The position numbers and the translations under genes are program-made. From an uncultured Ruminococcus sp. (lineage in GTDB: Bacteria > Bacillota > Clostridia > Oscillospirales > CAG-272), in assembly GCA_902784545.1 (NCBI GenBank), contig CACZVC010000002.1:1-37735 (forward strand): 37,735 nt of DNA, given 5' to 3'. Of the stretch, positions 16,628 to 25,421 are shown in pieces; the stretch's first letter is position 1; each line of letters opens with the position of its first letter. Under the pieces are notes generated by a model. That model saw nothing but the letters and a program-made list of their open reading frames with translations, ran no database searches and was not told the origin of the DNA.

Positions 16628-18271
16628 TTATTCCGCGGTATCCGCCGGAATGAAGAACGCCGGCACCGGCAGATCGTTTGAGTTGTAAAGCTGAGCGTCG
16701 TCTGCGGTCAGATGCGATTTGCACGCGTAGCCCAGGCCGGACGGTCCGGTCTCCGCGGGAACGTAGACCTTTACCGTGTCCTTTGAGATTATCTCCGCCG
16801 AAGCGGGCGTGAGCTTTTTGAGATCAGAACCGACGCCGAAGCCGACGGGTCTGTTCTCTTCTCCTTTTGATACAAGTCCGTCGCCCGTGTTAGCGAATTT
16901 CACCGTATAGTACGTTTCATCTTCCGAAAGCGTTATTTCGACGGGCTCCGGCGCAAGCGCCTGCTCCGCGTCGCCCTTGCCGTAAACGTCGGCGAGCACG
17001 AGCTTTGCCAGCCTGTCCGCAAGCTCCTTTTTGCGCGGAGAATGCATATAGTCGGAGTACGATTCGCCGGGTCCCAGATCGTAGGACGGTATGAGCCTTA
17101 CGCCGTCGAGCTTTTTATACGCTTCGAACTGCTGTGCTCTTATTATGTCCGCTTGCGCGCATTGACCCGATTTAACGGATTTTTCGGAATAATCGCACAG
17201 CTGGATGTTATATATCGGAAAATCAAAGCCCCATTTATAGCGCAGCTCGGTAAACAGCGCGTTTATGTCTCTGCCGTAATTATATGCCGTGGCGGGCAGA
17301 CCGCCCGCTTCGGCTTCGCCCTGGAAAAACACATAGCCTTTTATCTTTATTTTATGGAACGGAGCGGTAAGCGCGTTATAGTGACGGTTTATGCCGACAA
17401 GCCCTCCCGTTCTGTAATTGAACTCCTTCGTCAGCTTTTTCGGCATAAGCTCCGTGAGCAGCGCGCCCGCCGCGGCGACGCATATCACGCCGACGGGAAC
17501 GCCGGTCTCCGCGTTGAGCGTATCAGCCAGAAGATAACCCAGCGCCGAAAAATTGTACGCCTCGGACCTTGTCGCCCTCGCCCATTTCCATGCCGGATTG
17601 ACTATATCCTCCTGCGCGGTCTTTATCTCCTTCTGATGGTCGATGACGTATCTCGCGCTCTGCATCAGAAGGCGTATCGGTCTGTTTTCGTCGAACTGCA
17701 TCTTTCCGTATATGCTCGGAAAGACGTTGAGCGTTATTTCGTTGTTGGACTGACCGCCCATGACCCATACGTCGCCGACGAGAACGTCCTCAAACGTTAC
17801 GGTATTGCCGCAGCTGTCCTCTATCAGCATCGTCTGCGGCTCGGCCGTCGCGGGCTTTGCGCTGAATATCAGCTCCCATTTGCCGTCAACGACCTTTGCG
17901 CGCGCCGCCTCGTCCATAAACGTGCCTCTGATCTGCGCTCCGTCCTTGTTTGAGGTGCCTTTGACTGATATTTCGGCGTCGCGCTGAAGCACCATATGGT
18001 CGGCGTAAACGCGCGGAACGGAAAGCTCCGCGGTCTCGTCCGGCTCGACGATGAATTCGCCGAACGTCTCAGCCTCCGTCTCCGTCTCCGTTTCCGTTTC
18101 GGTCTCTGTCTCGGTTTCGGTCGTAACCTCCGCTGTCGGCTCGTCGGTAACGGTCTGCGCCGCGCCGGTCGTCTTCTCAGACGTCTGAACGGGCTGAGTT
18201 TCGCCCGAACAGCCCGACGCGCACGCCGCCGTAAAGACGAGCGCAAGAAAAACGCATATTATTCTCTTCAT
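16628..18271 (-). CDS. Sialate O-acetylesterase (SASA/SGNH) family lipoprotein
   Basis: Lipobox ASGC, (ET)n linker, DHMVLQR, DVLVGDVWVMGGQSN, FSALGY, PVGVI, FQGE, DYMH. Confidence 0.85.
   Translation of the reverse strand: MKRIICVFLALVFTAACASGCSGETQPVQTSEKTTGAAQTVTDEPTAEVTTETETETETETETETEAETFGEFIVEPDETAELSVPRVYADHMVLQRDAEISVKGTSNKDGAQIRGTFMDEAARAKVVDGKWELIFSAKPATAEPQTMLIEDSCGNTVTFEDVLVGDVWVMGGQSNNEITLNVFPSIYGKMQFDENRPIRLLMQSARYVIDHQKEIKTAQEDIVNPAWKWARATRSEAYNFSALGYLLADTLNAETGVPVGVICVAAAGALLTELMPKKLTKEFNYRTGGLVGINRHYNALTAPFHKIKIKGYVFFQGEAEAGGLPATAYNYGRDINALFTELRYKWGFDFPIYNIQLCDYSEKSVKSGQCAQADIIRAQQFEAYKKLDGVRLIPSYDLGPGESYSDYMHSPRKKELADRLAKLVLADVYGKGDAEQALAPEPVEITLSEDETYYTVKFANTGDGLVSKGEENRPVGFGVGSDLKKLTPASAEIISKDTVKVYVPAETGPSGLGYACKSHLTADDAQLYNSNDLPVPAFFIPADTAE
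18071..18125 (-). repeat. Degenerate hexamer tandem repeat encoding (ET)n
   Basis: GAGACG/GAAACG/GAAACC units on the coding strand give TETETETETETETE. Confidence 0.7.
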
Positions 18272-18295
18272 GTTTTCCTCCGTATTGCGGGAATA

Positions 18296-18324
18296 ATTAT
18301 ATCACAACGCCGTTTTTTTGTCAA
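18296..18324 (-). promoter_or_regulatory. Consensus sigmaA promoter for the esterase and 1027-aa lipoprotein genes
   Basis: TTGACA-N17-TATAAT with TG extension; the -35 overlaps the TGA stop of the upstream GH36 gene. Confidence 0.75.
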
Positions 18325-20012
18325 TACAGAATTTTGATCCTGATCATACCGCCGCGCGCGACGGGCAGTATAGCGGGGGTGCCGTCGGATACGCCGGTTT
18401 TTGTTTTTTCTCCGTAAATATCGTATATTTCGTATCCGAACCGCCTGCCGCCGGTCGATATAAGGCGATCGCAGTCCGTATTGTTGAATATATCCGCGTC
18501 GCAGTCCGGCGTGAACACGCCGCCGTGATGAATAACCGTTATTTTTTTGCCGTCCTTTTCCGCCGACATTTCCGTATAGTTGAGCTCGGGGTGTCTTGCC
18601 CTGAATCTGCCGTTATACAAAACGTCCTTGTTTTCGAGCCAGTATTTTACAAAGCCGCGTATCACGCGCAGATGCTCCTCCGGCACCTCGGTAAGGCGCA
18701 CGGAGATCTGCGGTACGGAAAACAGGATGTTCAAAAGCTGGCGGCGGCAGTTCAGCGGGTCTTCGTTATGACCCCACAAAAGCATATCGGAATGTATCGC
18801 CGTCGCGCTGTTGACGAGCTTCAACGCCGCCATGCCTATCCTGTTAGTCACCGGATCGGCGGCGCAGTCGCAGACGCGGAGCATATTGCAGTGATTGACC
18901 ATTTCGGCGCCGACGTAATTCTGTCTGAATTCAAACATAAAATCGGGATCGTAAGCCGTCATTTCCGCGTATATCTCGTTCATTAAGATCCTGACAGCCT
19001 CGTCTATGCTTCCGACGTCCGTTTTGTCGTTTGCGGGCGGTATTTCGGACGCTCTTACGTTAAAAGCGTCGATAAAATCGAGTTTCAGACCGTCGACGCC
19101 GTAATCGCGCACAAAACGCTTGTAGGTGTTTATTATGTACTCCCGCGCCTCGGGATATCTGACGTCGAGAACGCCCGCGCCGAACGCCGGATTGTCGTAC
19201 GCCATTATATGCTTCAAACGTTTGTAATCCTCCGTTTCAAAGCCGACGAAAGGCACCGGGAACCACATCAGCATTTTTATGCCGAAGGAATGTACCCTGT
19301 CGCAGAAGGTTTTGAAATCGGGAAATTTGTCCTTTGCGACGGACCAGTCGCCGCATTTTGAATAGTCGCCGGTGTTGTTGCCCTCGAACTGCCAGCCGTC
19401 GTCTAAAATAAAGGTCCTGAAGCCGATCTCAGCCGCTTTTTCAAGCTCCCTTTCAAGCAGATACTGCTCCGGCTCCTGGTGGAAATCGTACCACGAGGAA
19501 TAAAGCGGGAGCGCCGCGTTTTCGGGTATTTTAATAAGCGACGGCAAAAACGAGCGCATCCATACACCCGCCTCGTATACCGTATCGTTCCAGTCGATAC
19601 GTCTTCTGTCGACGCGCAAAAGGACTTTTCCGTCCTTCTGCTGACGGACGGTCTCGTCAAACAGCGTTACGGTCACTATTATCTCGTCGCGCTGATTGAG
19701 GTCGTCCACGCTCATCGTTATTTTTGAGCGTATGACTGAATCCGAAAGCGACACGGTAAGGCTGTTTTTGTCATCCGCGTCTATCGCCGCCATCACCGGA
19801 GCGCCGCACTGATACACCGCCTCGCAGTAGTTGGGGAAAAACCACTGGCGCATACTGTGGTCGCGCCAGCAGAGCGGCGACCACGTTGAAAGCACGCCTT
19901 TCAATTCTTCGCACCATCTGTATTCGCCGGTACAGGGAAGCTCGTATATCTCAACGCCGTCCTCCGATTTTTTTGGGTACAGTTCGATGTTTTTTTCTGC
20001 CGATCTTATCAT
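18321..20012 (-). CDS. Glycoside hydrolase family 36 (alpha-galactosidase-like)
   Basis: PLYSSWY, ILDDGWQ, GDW...KFPD, MWFPVPF, DGLKLDFID, EFRQNY, MLRVCDC, HSDML. Confidence 0.85.
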   Translation of the reverse strand: MIRSAEKNIELYPKKSEDGVEIYELPCTGEYRWCEELKGVLSTWSPLCWRDHSMRQWFFPNYCEAVYQCGAPVMAAIDADDKNSLTVSLSDSVIRSKITMSVDDLNQRDEIIVTVTLFDETVRQQKDGKVLLRVDRRRIDWNDTVYEAGVWMRSFLPSLIKIPENAALPLYSSWYDFHQEPEQYLLERELEKAAEIGFRTFILDDGWQFEGNNTGDYSKCGDWSVAKDKFPDFKTFCDRVHSFGIKMLMWFPVPFVGFETEDYKRLKHIMAYDNPAFGAGVLDVRYPEAREYIINTYKRFVRDYGVDGLKLDFIDAFNVRASEIPPANDKTDVGSIDEAVRILMNEIYAEMTAYDPDFMFEFRQNYVGAEMVNHCNMLRVCDCAADPVTNRIGMAALKLVNSATAIHSDMLLWGHNEDPLNCRRQLLNILFSVPQISVRLTEVPEEHLRVIRGFVKYWLENKDVLYNGRFRARHPELNYTEMSAEKDGKKITVIHHGGVFTPDCDADIFNNTDCDRLISTGGRRFGYEIYDIYGEKTKTGVSDGTPAILPVARGGMIRIKILY

Positions 20013-20024
20013 ATCAACCCGCCT

Positions 20025-21413
20025 TTACAGCTCGAAGAAACGGGACGTCATCTCCGGCACCCCGCCCTTGAGCGACAACAGTATTTTTTCCGCCCCGGGG
20101 TTTCCGTAGGCGTATTCGCGCATATACGTACCCTGAGCGCGGCACAGACGGTCGTGCAGGGGGTACCAGTTTTCCATCAGAAACGACGCGTATTTCACAA
20201 GCCGCAGGCCGCCGACAAGGCGGTATTCCCTGCTTATCGTGTCAACGGCGACGGAAAAGCCTTTTTTGACGGCGTCCTTTATCGCCTCGGTCTTGTTTTC
20301 CTTTGCGAATACAATCGTCGAGGCTATCATACCGTTTCTGTTCCTGTCGGTCGAGCCGTGGCTGTCCGTCGCGCCGACGATAGGGTAATCCATACCCTTA
20401 GCCTTGCGCTCGTAATAAAGTATCGTCTGATAACCGTTCTGCATAAAGTAGTTTTCGCCGCCTAAGACCTCGAACGCGTCGAAGGGCTTATGCTCGTAAA
20501 TATAGTTGACGTAATCCTCGGATATCTGCATCGTCGAGCACATCCAGTACGGGTGTACGAAAATGCCGAGACCGCCGCCCTCCTTTATCTTTTCATATAC
20601 CCATTCCATAACGGCGAAGGATAAACGCTCGGATTCAAGCTCGCGGTCGACTGTCTTCGCCCTCTCGCGTATCATTTCAATAAACGCTTCGCGGCTCATC
20701 GTCGGCGGACATATCCCCCGTCTGCTTCTGGCTTTCGGGTCGTCGTCGCCGGTAAGCTCGCGGTTTTTGTTCGGCGTCAAAAGCGCGTTTATGCTGAATT
20801 CGCCGGCGCAGTTTATGTAATGCACGTCGTTCAGCGGCAGATGTACCTCCTCACCGCAGAGCACGAGCATATCGGTTATCGGGCTTTCGTCGTTTATGTC
20901 GATTCTGAATTTTTCTCTCGCCTGAAGCGACGGATAAAATCTTTCATGGTCGGAGAGTATCGTAAAATCGTAACCCGCCTCGCGGTAGTTCGCTATAACG
21001 GTGAACGGATCCTCGTTTCCGTCGGAGCGGCAGCTGTGAAGATGAAAGTCGCCCCTGTACGGATAAAGCTCTTTCATATCGTCGCCTAACGCGTAAACGC
21101 GGAATTCGCCTAAAAATCTCTCGTTTTCGTTATACGTTATATGTATCTGATAAAGCCCCTCGCGCGGGAAAACGTTTGTTATGCGTAAAACGTTATCGTC
21201 GTCCGCCTTTACTTTGAGCGAGCGCGTACAGCCCGAGCCGGCGAAGCGGCTCTCCTCCGCCACCGCGTTTTCAAGTATGTAAACGCAGTATTCGTGACCC
21301 GCCTCGAGCGTGAGCCTTCCGTTCAGCGCGCGCAGCGAAAGCGTGACCTTTTTCCCCGCAAGAAAGCATATGGGCGTTATTTCGTAATCATAAAGCTCGT
21401 TTCTCATCGGCAT
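20025..21413 (-). CDS. PHP-family metallohydrolase
   Basis: GDFHLHSCRSDG, YDFTILSDH, GEEVH, HPYW, FEV, GATDSH. Confidence 0.85.
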   Translation of the reverse strand: MPMRNELYDYEITPICFLAGKKVTLSLRALNGRLTLEAGHEYCVYILENAVAEESRFAGSGCTRSLKVKADDDNVLRITNVFPREGLYQIHITYNENERFLGEFRVYALGDDMKELYPYRGDFHLHSCRSDGNEDPFTVIANYREAGYDFTILSDHERFYPSLQAREKFRIDINDESPITDMLVLCGEEVHLPLNDVHYINCAGEFSINALLTPNKNRELTGDDDPKARSRRGICPPTMSREAFIEMIRERAKTVDRELESERLSFAVMEWVYEKIKEGGGLGIFVHPYWMCSTMQISEDYVNYIYEHKPFDAFEVLGGENYFMQNGYQTILYYERKAKGMDYPIVGATDSHGSTDRNRNGMIASTIVFAKENKTEAIKDAVKKGFSVAVDTISREYRLVGGLRLVKYASFLMENWYPLHDRLCRAQGTYMREYAYGNPGAEKILLSLKGGVPEMTSRFFEL

Positions 21414-21427
21414 CGCGTTTTCCTCTA

Positions 21428-22117
21428 TTACAATCCGCGCATTTTGAGTATGGTGTCGGCGAGCGTTTTCATGCCGTTTTTATCGGGATGTATGCCGTCG
21501 AGCGCGTCGACCTTTATTTCGTTTTTGTTCGCGTCGACAAATATGCAGTTCTTATCCTCCGCCGCGTTCTTTATCGCCTCAACATATTCGTCGAGATGTC
21601 TGCCGCCGAGACAGTACGGAAATTCCCAGTCCGCGGCGCCGCGCAAAACGGAGACCGCGGGCGAAATGCACCATATCTCCGCTTCGGGATAATGCCCCTT
21701 TATCAGATCGAGCATTATACGGTAAGCGCCGGAGAAAGACTCGTTTTCCGGCTGACCTTCCGCCGGGAATATCGGCGTGCCGGACGCCCAGTCGTTTACT
21801 CCCATATATATCATTATGACGTCGGGCTTTATATCGCCGTCGCCCAGAAGCGACATACGCGAATCGAGGCAGGCGAAGCTGCCCGGCGTAAATTCCGCGT
21901 GATAGCTGACCGTGCTGCCCGACCATGAATTGTTTTTGAGCAGTCTGCCGCCCAGGCGCGTTATAATCTGCCCCCACCAGGTGTCGGACATATCCTCGAT
22001 ACCCGCGGCTTTTTTGTTGTTTTCGTCGTAGTAAAGCGCGTATCCCTCGGGGATATATCCGAGAAGCGTGCTTATCGAATCGCCGACGACGGAAAAATAT
22101 TTACCCTTGTAATCCAT
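21428..22117 (-). CDS. SGNH/GDSL hydrolase (esterase)
   Basis: GDSIS, WSGS, GVND, DGIHP blocks. Confidence 0.9.
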   Translation of the reverse strand: MDYKGKYFSVVGDSISTLLGYIPEGYALYYDENNKKAAGIEDMSDTWWGQIITRLGGRLLKNNSWSGSTVSYHAEFTPGSFACLDSRMSLLGDGDIKPDVIMIYMGVNDWASGTPIFPAEGQPENESFSGAYRIMLDLIKGHYPEAEIWCISPAVSVLRGAADWEFPYCLGGRHLDEYVEAIKNAAEDKNCIFVDANKNEIKVDALDGIHPDKNGMKTLADTILKMRGL

Positions 22118-22120
22118 ATC

Positions 22121-24139
22121 CTACTCCTTGTTTATATATATAAGTACGCTCGATTTTTTCTCTTTGAGCGTCAGTTTTATACCGTTATCATGATCGTATA
22201 AGCCGGTTTCGCCCGTGTCGGCGTTTTTCAGAACGTATCCGCCGCCGTCGGCAAAAGGCAGCTTTACCGTAAACGTGTCGGACTCCGCATCCTCCATCCT
22301 GAAAGCGAGAAGGATACCCTCGCCCGTTCCGGGGTCGTTGTACGCGAACGCCGTCCAGTGCGACGTATCCGTATGGTGGCGCCACGGCGTTAAAACGTAC
22401 ATATCCTTTGTAAGCAGGCGGCGCACGCTTTTCCATTCTCCGAAATTGCGGCGCATAAGGTCGTAGTCGAGCAGTTCGTTATGCGTGAATTCGCCGCCGT
22501 AGTTGTATATGGGCAGATACGAGGCGCGCGCGACGTAAACGGAGCTTCCGCTGTCCTTTTTATAGTCGAGCTGCGTATCGGATTCCTTCGTCGAGGAGCC
22601 GTGGAACGGTATCCAGCGGCAGAAGGACGAGGTCTGCGACAGTCTCATCGCCGACGTCGTTCTGTCGAAATCCGAGCGCATGAGCGGAAATCCGCGGCGC
22701 ATAGATTCTATATCGTTCCTGCCGCCGCCCGAGGCGCATGAATCGACGAACGTGCATTTGCCGTGCTCGCGGCAATATTCTATTATACCGTCCCACAGGG
22801 CGTAGTGACCGCAGATGCATTTGTTTTCGGTGATGCCGTATCTCGGCACGCCGTATTTTACCGTTTCCGCGTTGTCTTTATACGGCCACGCGAAGCCGGG
22901 GTCGCTGTTGTTGTCCTCGCGGTACATATCGACGCCGTGCTCGCCTAAAAACTTCGTTATCCTTCCGAGCGTCCACGCAAGGCATTCGGGATTTCCGAGA
23001 TCGTTCGTCCTGACGTGACCTTCGCCTATGCTCCACTCCTCTTTATAGCCGAAGTTTCTGCACAGCGCCGGGACGTTTGTTACGCGCTCCGGCTCAAACC
23101 ACGCAAGCACCTTCATACCGAGCCTGTGACACGCCTCGTTCGACTGCAAAAACGAATCGCCCTCCCATTTACTGCGGTCGAGCTCCCACGTTCCGACGGT
23201 CCCCCACCAGTCCGTTTCAACGGTGTTCCCCTCGGGGTCGCAGTACCAGCCCGCGTCGAACCAGCGGAAATCGGGGACCATTTTTTCCGAAACGAGCTTG
23301 TCGAGCGTGCGCTTCCAGGTAAAGCTGCGCTCCGATATACTGCCGTCGGAATTCGGCAGTCCCGTATCGGACATAAAGCCCGCGGTCGAAAACGGCGTAA
23401 GCGGCTCGCCCTTGTCGTTCGCCTTCGGCAGAACGTATTCCATATACCAGCGCCGCCACAGATTTGTCGCGCCGTCATAGTCTCTGCCCTTATAAGGCAG
23501 TAAAACCACCTGCCCCGTGCGTACCTTTTCGCCCGGAAGGAGCGCGGCGTTGAGTGAAACGTCGGTCTTCGCGCGCACGCGCGTCGTTTTGTCCTCCGAC
23601 GAGAACAGCGCCTCCCACGTTCCCGCCCAGCCTATCGCCGCCATCGTGCCGCCGTTTCCGTGGACGAGATCGAAATACGGGAAAACTATGTGCGTCGCCC
23701 TGCCGCCGAGCGACAGGAAATATTTATCCGATTTTGAAAGATCGTGCTCGTACGCGGAATACCAGTTGTCGTGGTCGCCCATACAGCCGCGCAGTACGGG
23801 ATCTTTGCCTTCAAACGTCATATCGAGCGCGTAAACGCCGGAAAGCACGTCCGACGCCTCTTTCCCGTCGTTTTCAAACCATACCGTGTATTCGCACTGA
23901 CCGTACGGCAAAACGATCCTCGCCTCCGCCCGGACCGACATATTCGCGTCAAGGCGCGCGTTTATAATGACGCGCCGTTCGTTTCCGCCGCCCGTCGTCA
24001 TTTTCCGCGCGTTAAGCCCGGAAAAACCGCGGTATTCACGTCCGCCGTATGTGAACGCTGCCGGAAAATTTTCCGGCTGTGACAAAATTTCATTGAATAT
24101 CTTCTCTCCGGCTCTGATGTTGAGGCTGTTTTCCGACAC
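22121..24139 (-). CDS. Glycoside hydrolase family 36 (alpha-galactosidase-like)
   Basis: GTG start after AAGGAG; IGWAGTW, WFDAGWY, WFEPERV, YREDNN, DSCASGGGRND, RSD. Confidence 0.85.
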   Translation of the reverse strand: MSENSLNIRAGEKIFNEILSQPENFPAAFTYGGREYRGFSGLNARKMTTGGGNERRVIINARLDANMSVRAEARIVLPYGQCEYTVWFENDGKEASDVLSGVYALDMTFEGKDPVLRGCMGDHDNWYSAYEHDLSKSDKYFLSLGGRATHIVFPYFDLVHGNGGTMAAIGWAGTWEALFSSEDKTTRVRAKTDVSLNAALLPGEKVRTGQVVLLPYKGRDYDGATNLWRRWYMEYVLPKANDKGEPLTPFSTAGFMSDTGLPNSDGSISERSFTWKRTLDKLVSEKMVPDFRWFDAGWYCDPEGNTVETDWWGTVGTWELDRSKWEGDSFLQSNEACHRLGMKVLAWFEPERVTNVPALCRNFGYKEEWSIGEGHVRTNDLGNPECLAWTLGRITKFLGEHGVDMYREDNNSDPGFAWPYKDNAETVKYGVPRYGITENKCICGHYALWDGIIEYCREHGKCTFVDSCASGGGRNDIESMRRGFPLMRSDFDRTTSAMRLSQTSSFCRWIPFHGSSTKESDTQLDYKKDSGSSVYVARASYLPIYNYGGEFTHNELLDYDLMRRNFGEWKSVRRLLTKDMYVLTPWRHHTDTSHWTAFAYNDPGTGEGILLAFRMEDAESDTFTVKLPFADGGGYVLKNADTGETGLYDHDNGIKLTLKEKKSSVLIYINKE

Positions 24140-24174
24140 GGTCTTATCTCCTTTATTTTATCAGGTATATACAA

Positions 24175-24203
24175 AGTATATCATAACCCTTATATAATGT
24201 CAA
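24175..24203 (-). promoter_or_regulatory. sigmaA promoter for the GH36-SGNH-PHP-GH36 operon
   Basis: TTGACA-N17-TATACT with TG extension. Confidence 0.7.
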
Positions 24204-24259
24204 GACGATACGGGCAAAATTATAAAAATAAATATAACACATAATATAATAATTTCCAC

Positions 24260-24288
24260 TTGACAACCGAAAAAATTTAATATATAAT
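24260..24288 (+). promoter_or_regulatory. Consensus sigmaA promoter for the STAS gene
   Basis: TTGACA-N17-TATAAT. Confidence 0.8.
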
Positions 24289-24322
24289 TAACTTATAACG
24301 GAACGAAAGGAATTTGGGAAAA

Positions 24323-24619
24323 ATGGTTATCAATAAAAACGCTGAAGGCGCAAGGCTCACGCTTTCTGTCGAGGGACGTCTTGACACCACCACTTCTCCG
24401 CAGCTTGAAACGGAGCTTAAAAACTCGTTGGACGGCGTATCGGAGCTTGTTTTCGATTTTGAAAAGCTCGACTACATATCATCCGCCGGACTGCGCGTGC
24501 TTCTCTCCGCGCAGAAGGTGATGAACAAGCAGGGCGAAATGAAGGTCAAAAACGTAAAACCCGATATAATGGATATCTTTGACATAACCGGATTTGTCGA
24601 TATTCTGAACATCGAATAA
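24323..24619 (+). CDS. STAS-domain anti-sigma factor antagonist
   Basis: GRLDTTT, LDYISSAGLR (phospho-acceptor Ser motif), IFDITGF; ATG 24323 preferred over TTG 24314. Confidence 0.9.
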   Translation: MVINKNAEGARLTLSVEGRLDTTTSPQLETELKNSLDGVSELVFDFEKLDYISSAGLRVLLSAQKVMNKQGEMKVKNVKPDIMDIFDITGFVDILNIE

Positions 24620-24626
24620 GAAGCGT

Positions 24627-24674
24627 AAAAAACGTCCCGGCGCGGAAATCGGTTTTCCGCGCCGGGATTTTTTT
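24627..24674. terminator. Intrinsic terminator, probably bidirectional
   Basis: A6..TCCCGGCGCGGAAA-N5-TTTCCGCGCCGGGA-T7. Confidence 0.85.
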
Positions 24675-24731
24675 GTTTGTTTTAAATTAAACGCATAAGT
24701 CTGAAACGTACGTCAGTCAAACTGTTTGACG

Positions 24732-25394
24732 TCAGCTTTGATCTGCCTTCGACCGGTCGGAAGTCAAAAGCGCTATGTAATCTATAAAGAACTCGCCTTC
24801 GCTGCCGTCCGAATAGTCGAGGCGCAGTGATTTGAGAATACCGGTCCAGCCGTTTATTTCAAACGTGTCAATCCGCAAAAGCTCCCATTCGTCGTCTTCG
24901 CCCGCGTTTTCGTAATCAAATCTGAACGAATACGCTTCGGACGGACCGGGGCTGTCGGTCGTGGTTATGAATATCTGACCGCTTTTGGAATTTGTTTTGT
25001 TCTTTACGCGGAGCTCAAGCACTTCGACGTCGTCGCAGTCTATTTCAAACGGCAGCTTTTTCGTCGTTATATGCGGGTCTTCGCCTTTTACGGAAAGACA
25101 AAGAATTCCGTCTTCCCCTTTGACGACGTCCGTCATATTCGTCGGCGTCCAGCCGGGATCGGAGCTGTCGCTGAAATCCCATCTGAATACGTCGAAGTAT
25201 TCCGTCTTATTCTCCTCAGTCGCCGCCTCCGCCGTCGTCGCCTCCGCTCCGGTCGTTACGTCAGCGCCGGTCGTTTCAGCAGGTTTCGCGTCCGTCACGG
25301 TATTCACGGCAGGACCGGCGGCGCATGATACGAGCGTCGCGGCAGCCATGACCGCGGCGATCACGGAAGCTGTAAGTCTGAGTACGTTTTTCAT
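24732..25394 (-). CDS. Lipoprotein with one copy of an unassigned CBM-like domain
   Basis: Lipobox LVSC, Thr/Ala/Glu linker, domain DVFRWDF..W..DP..RVKNKT..GQIF..SPGP..DDEWE..GWTG.L.SLRLDY. Confidence 0.85.
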   Translation of the reverse strand: MKNVLRLTASVIAAVMAAATLVSCAAGPAVNTVTDAKPAETTGADVTTGAEATTAEAATEENKTEYFDVFRWDFSDSSDPGWTPTNMTDVVKGEDGILCLSVKGEDPHITTKKLPFEIDCDDVEVLELRVKNKTNSKSGQIFITTTDSPGPSEAYSFRFDYENAGEDDEWELLRIDTFEINGWTGILKSLRLDYSDGSEGEFFIDYIALLTSDRSKADQS

Positions 25395-25421
25395 AATAAT
25401 TCCGGTTAATATATTCCGTTA

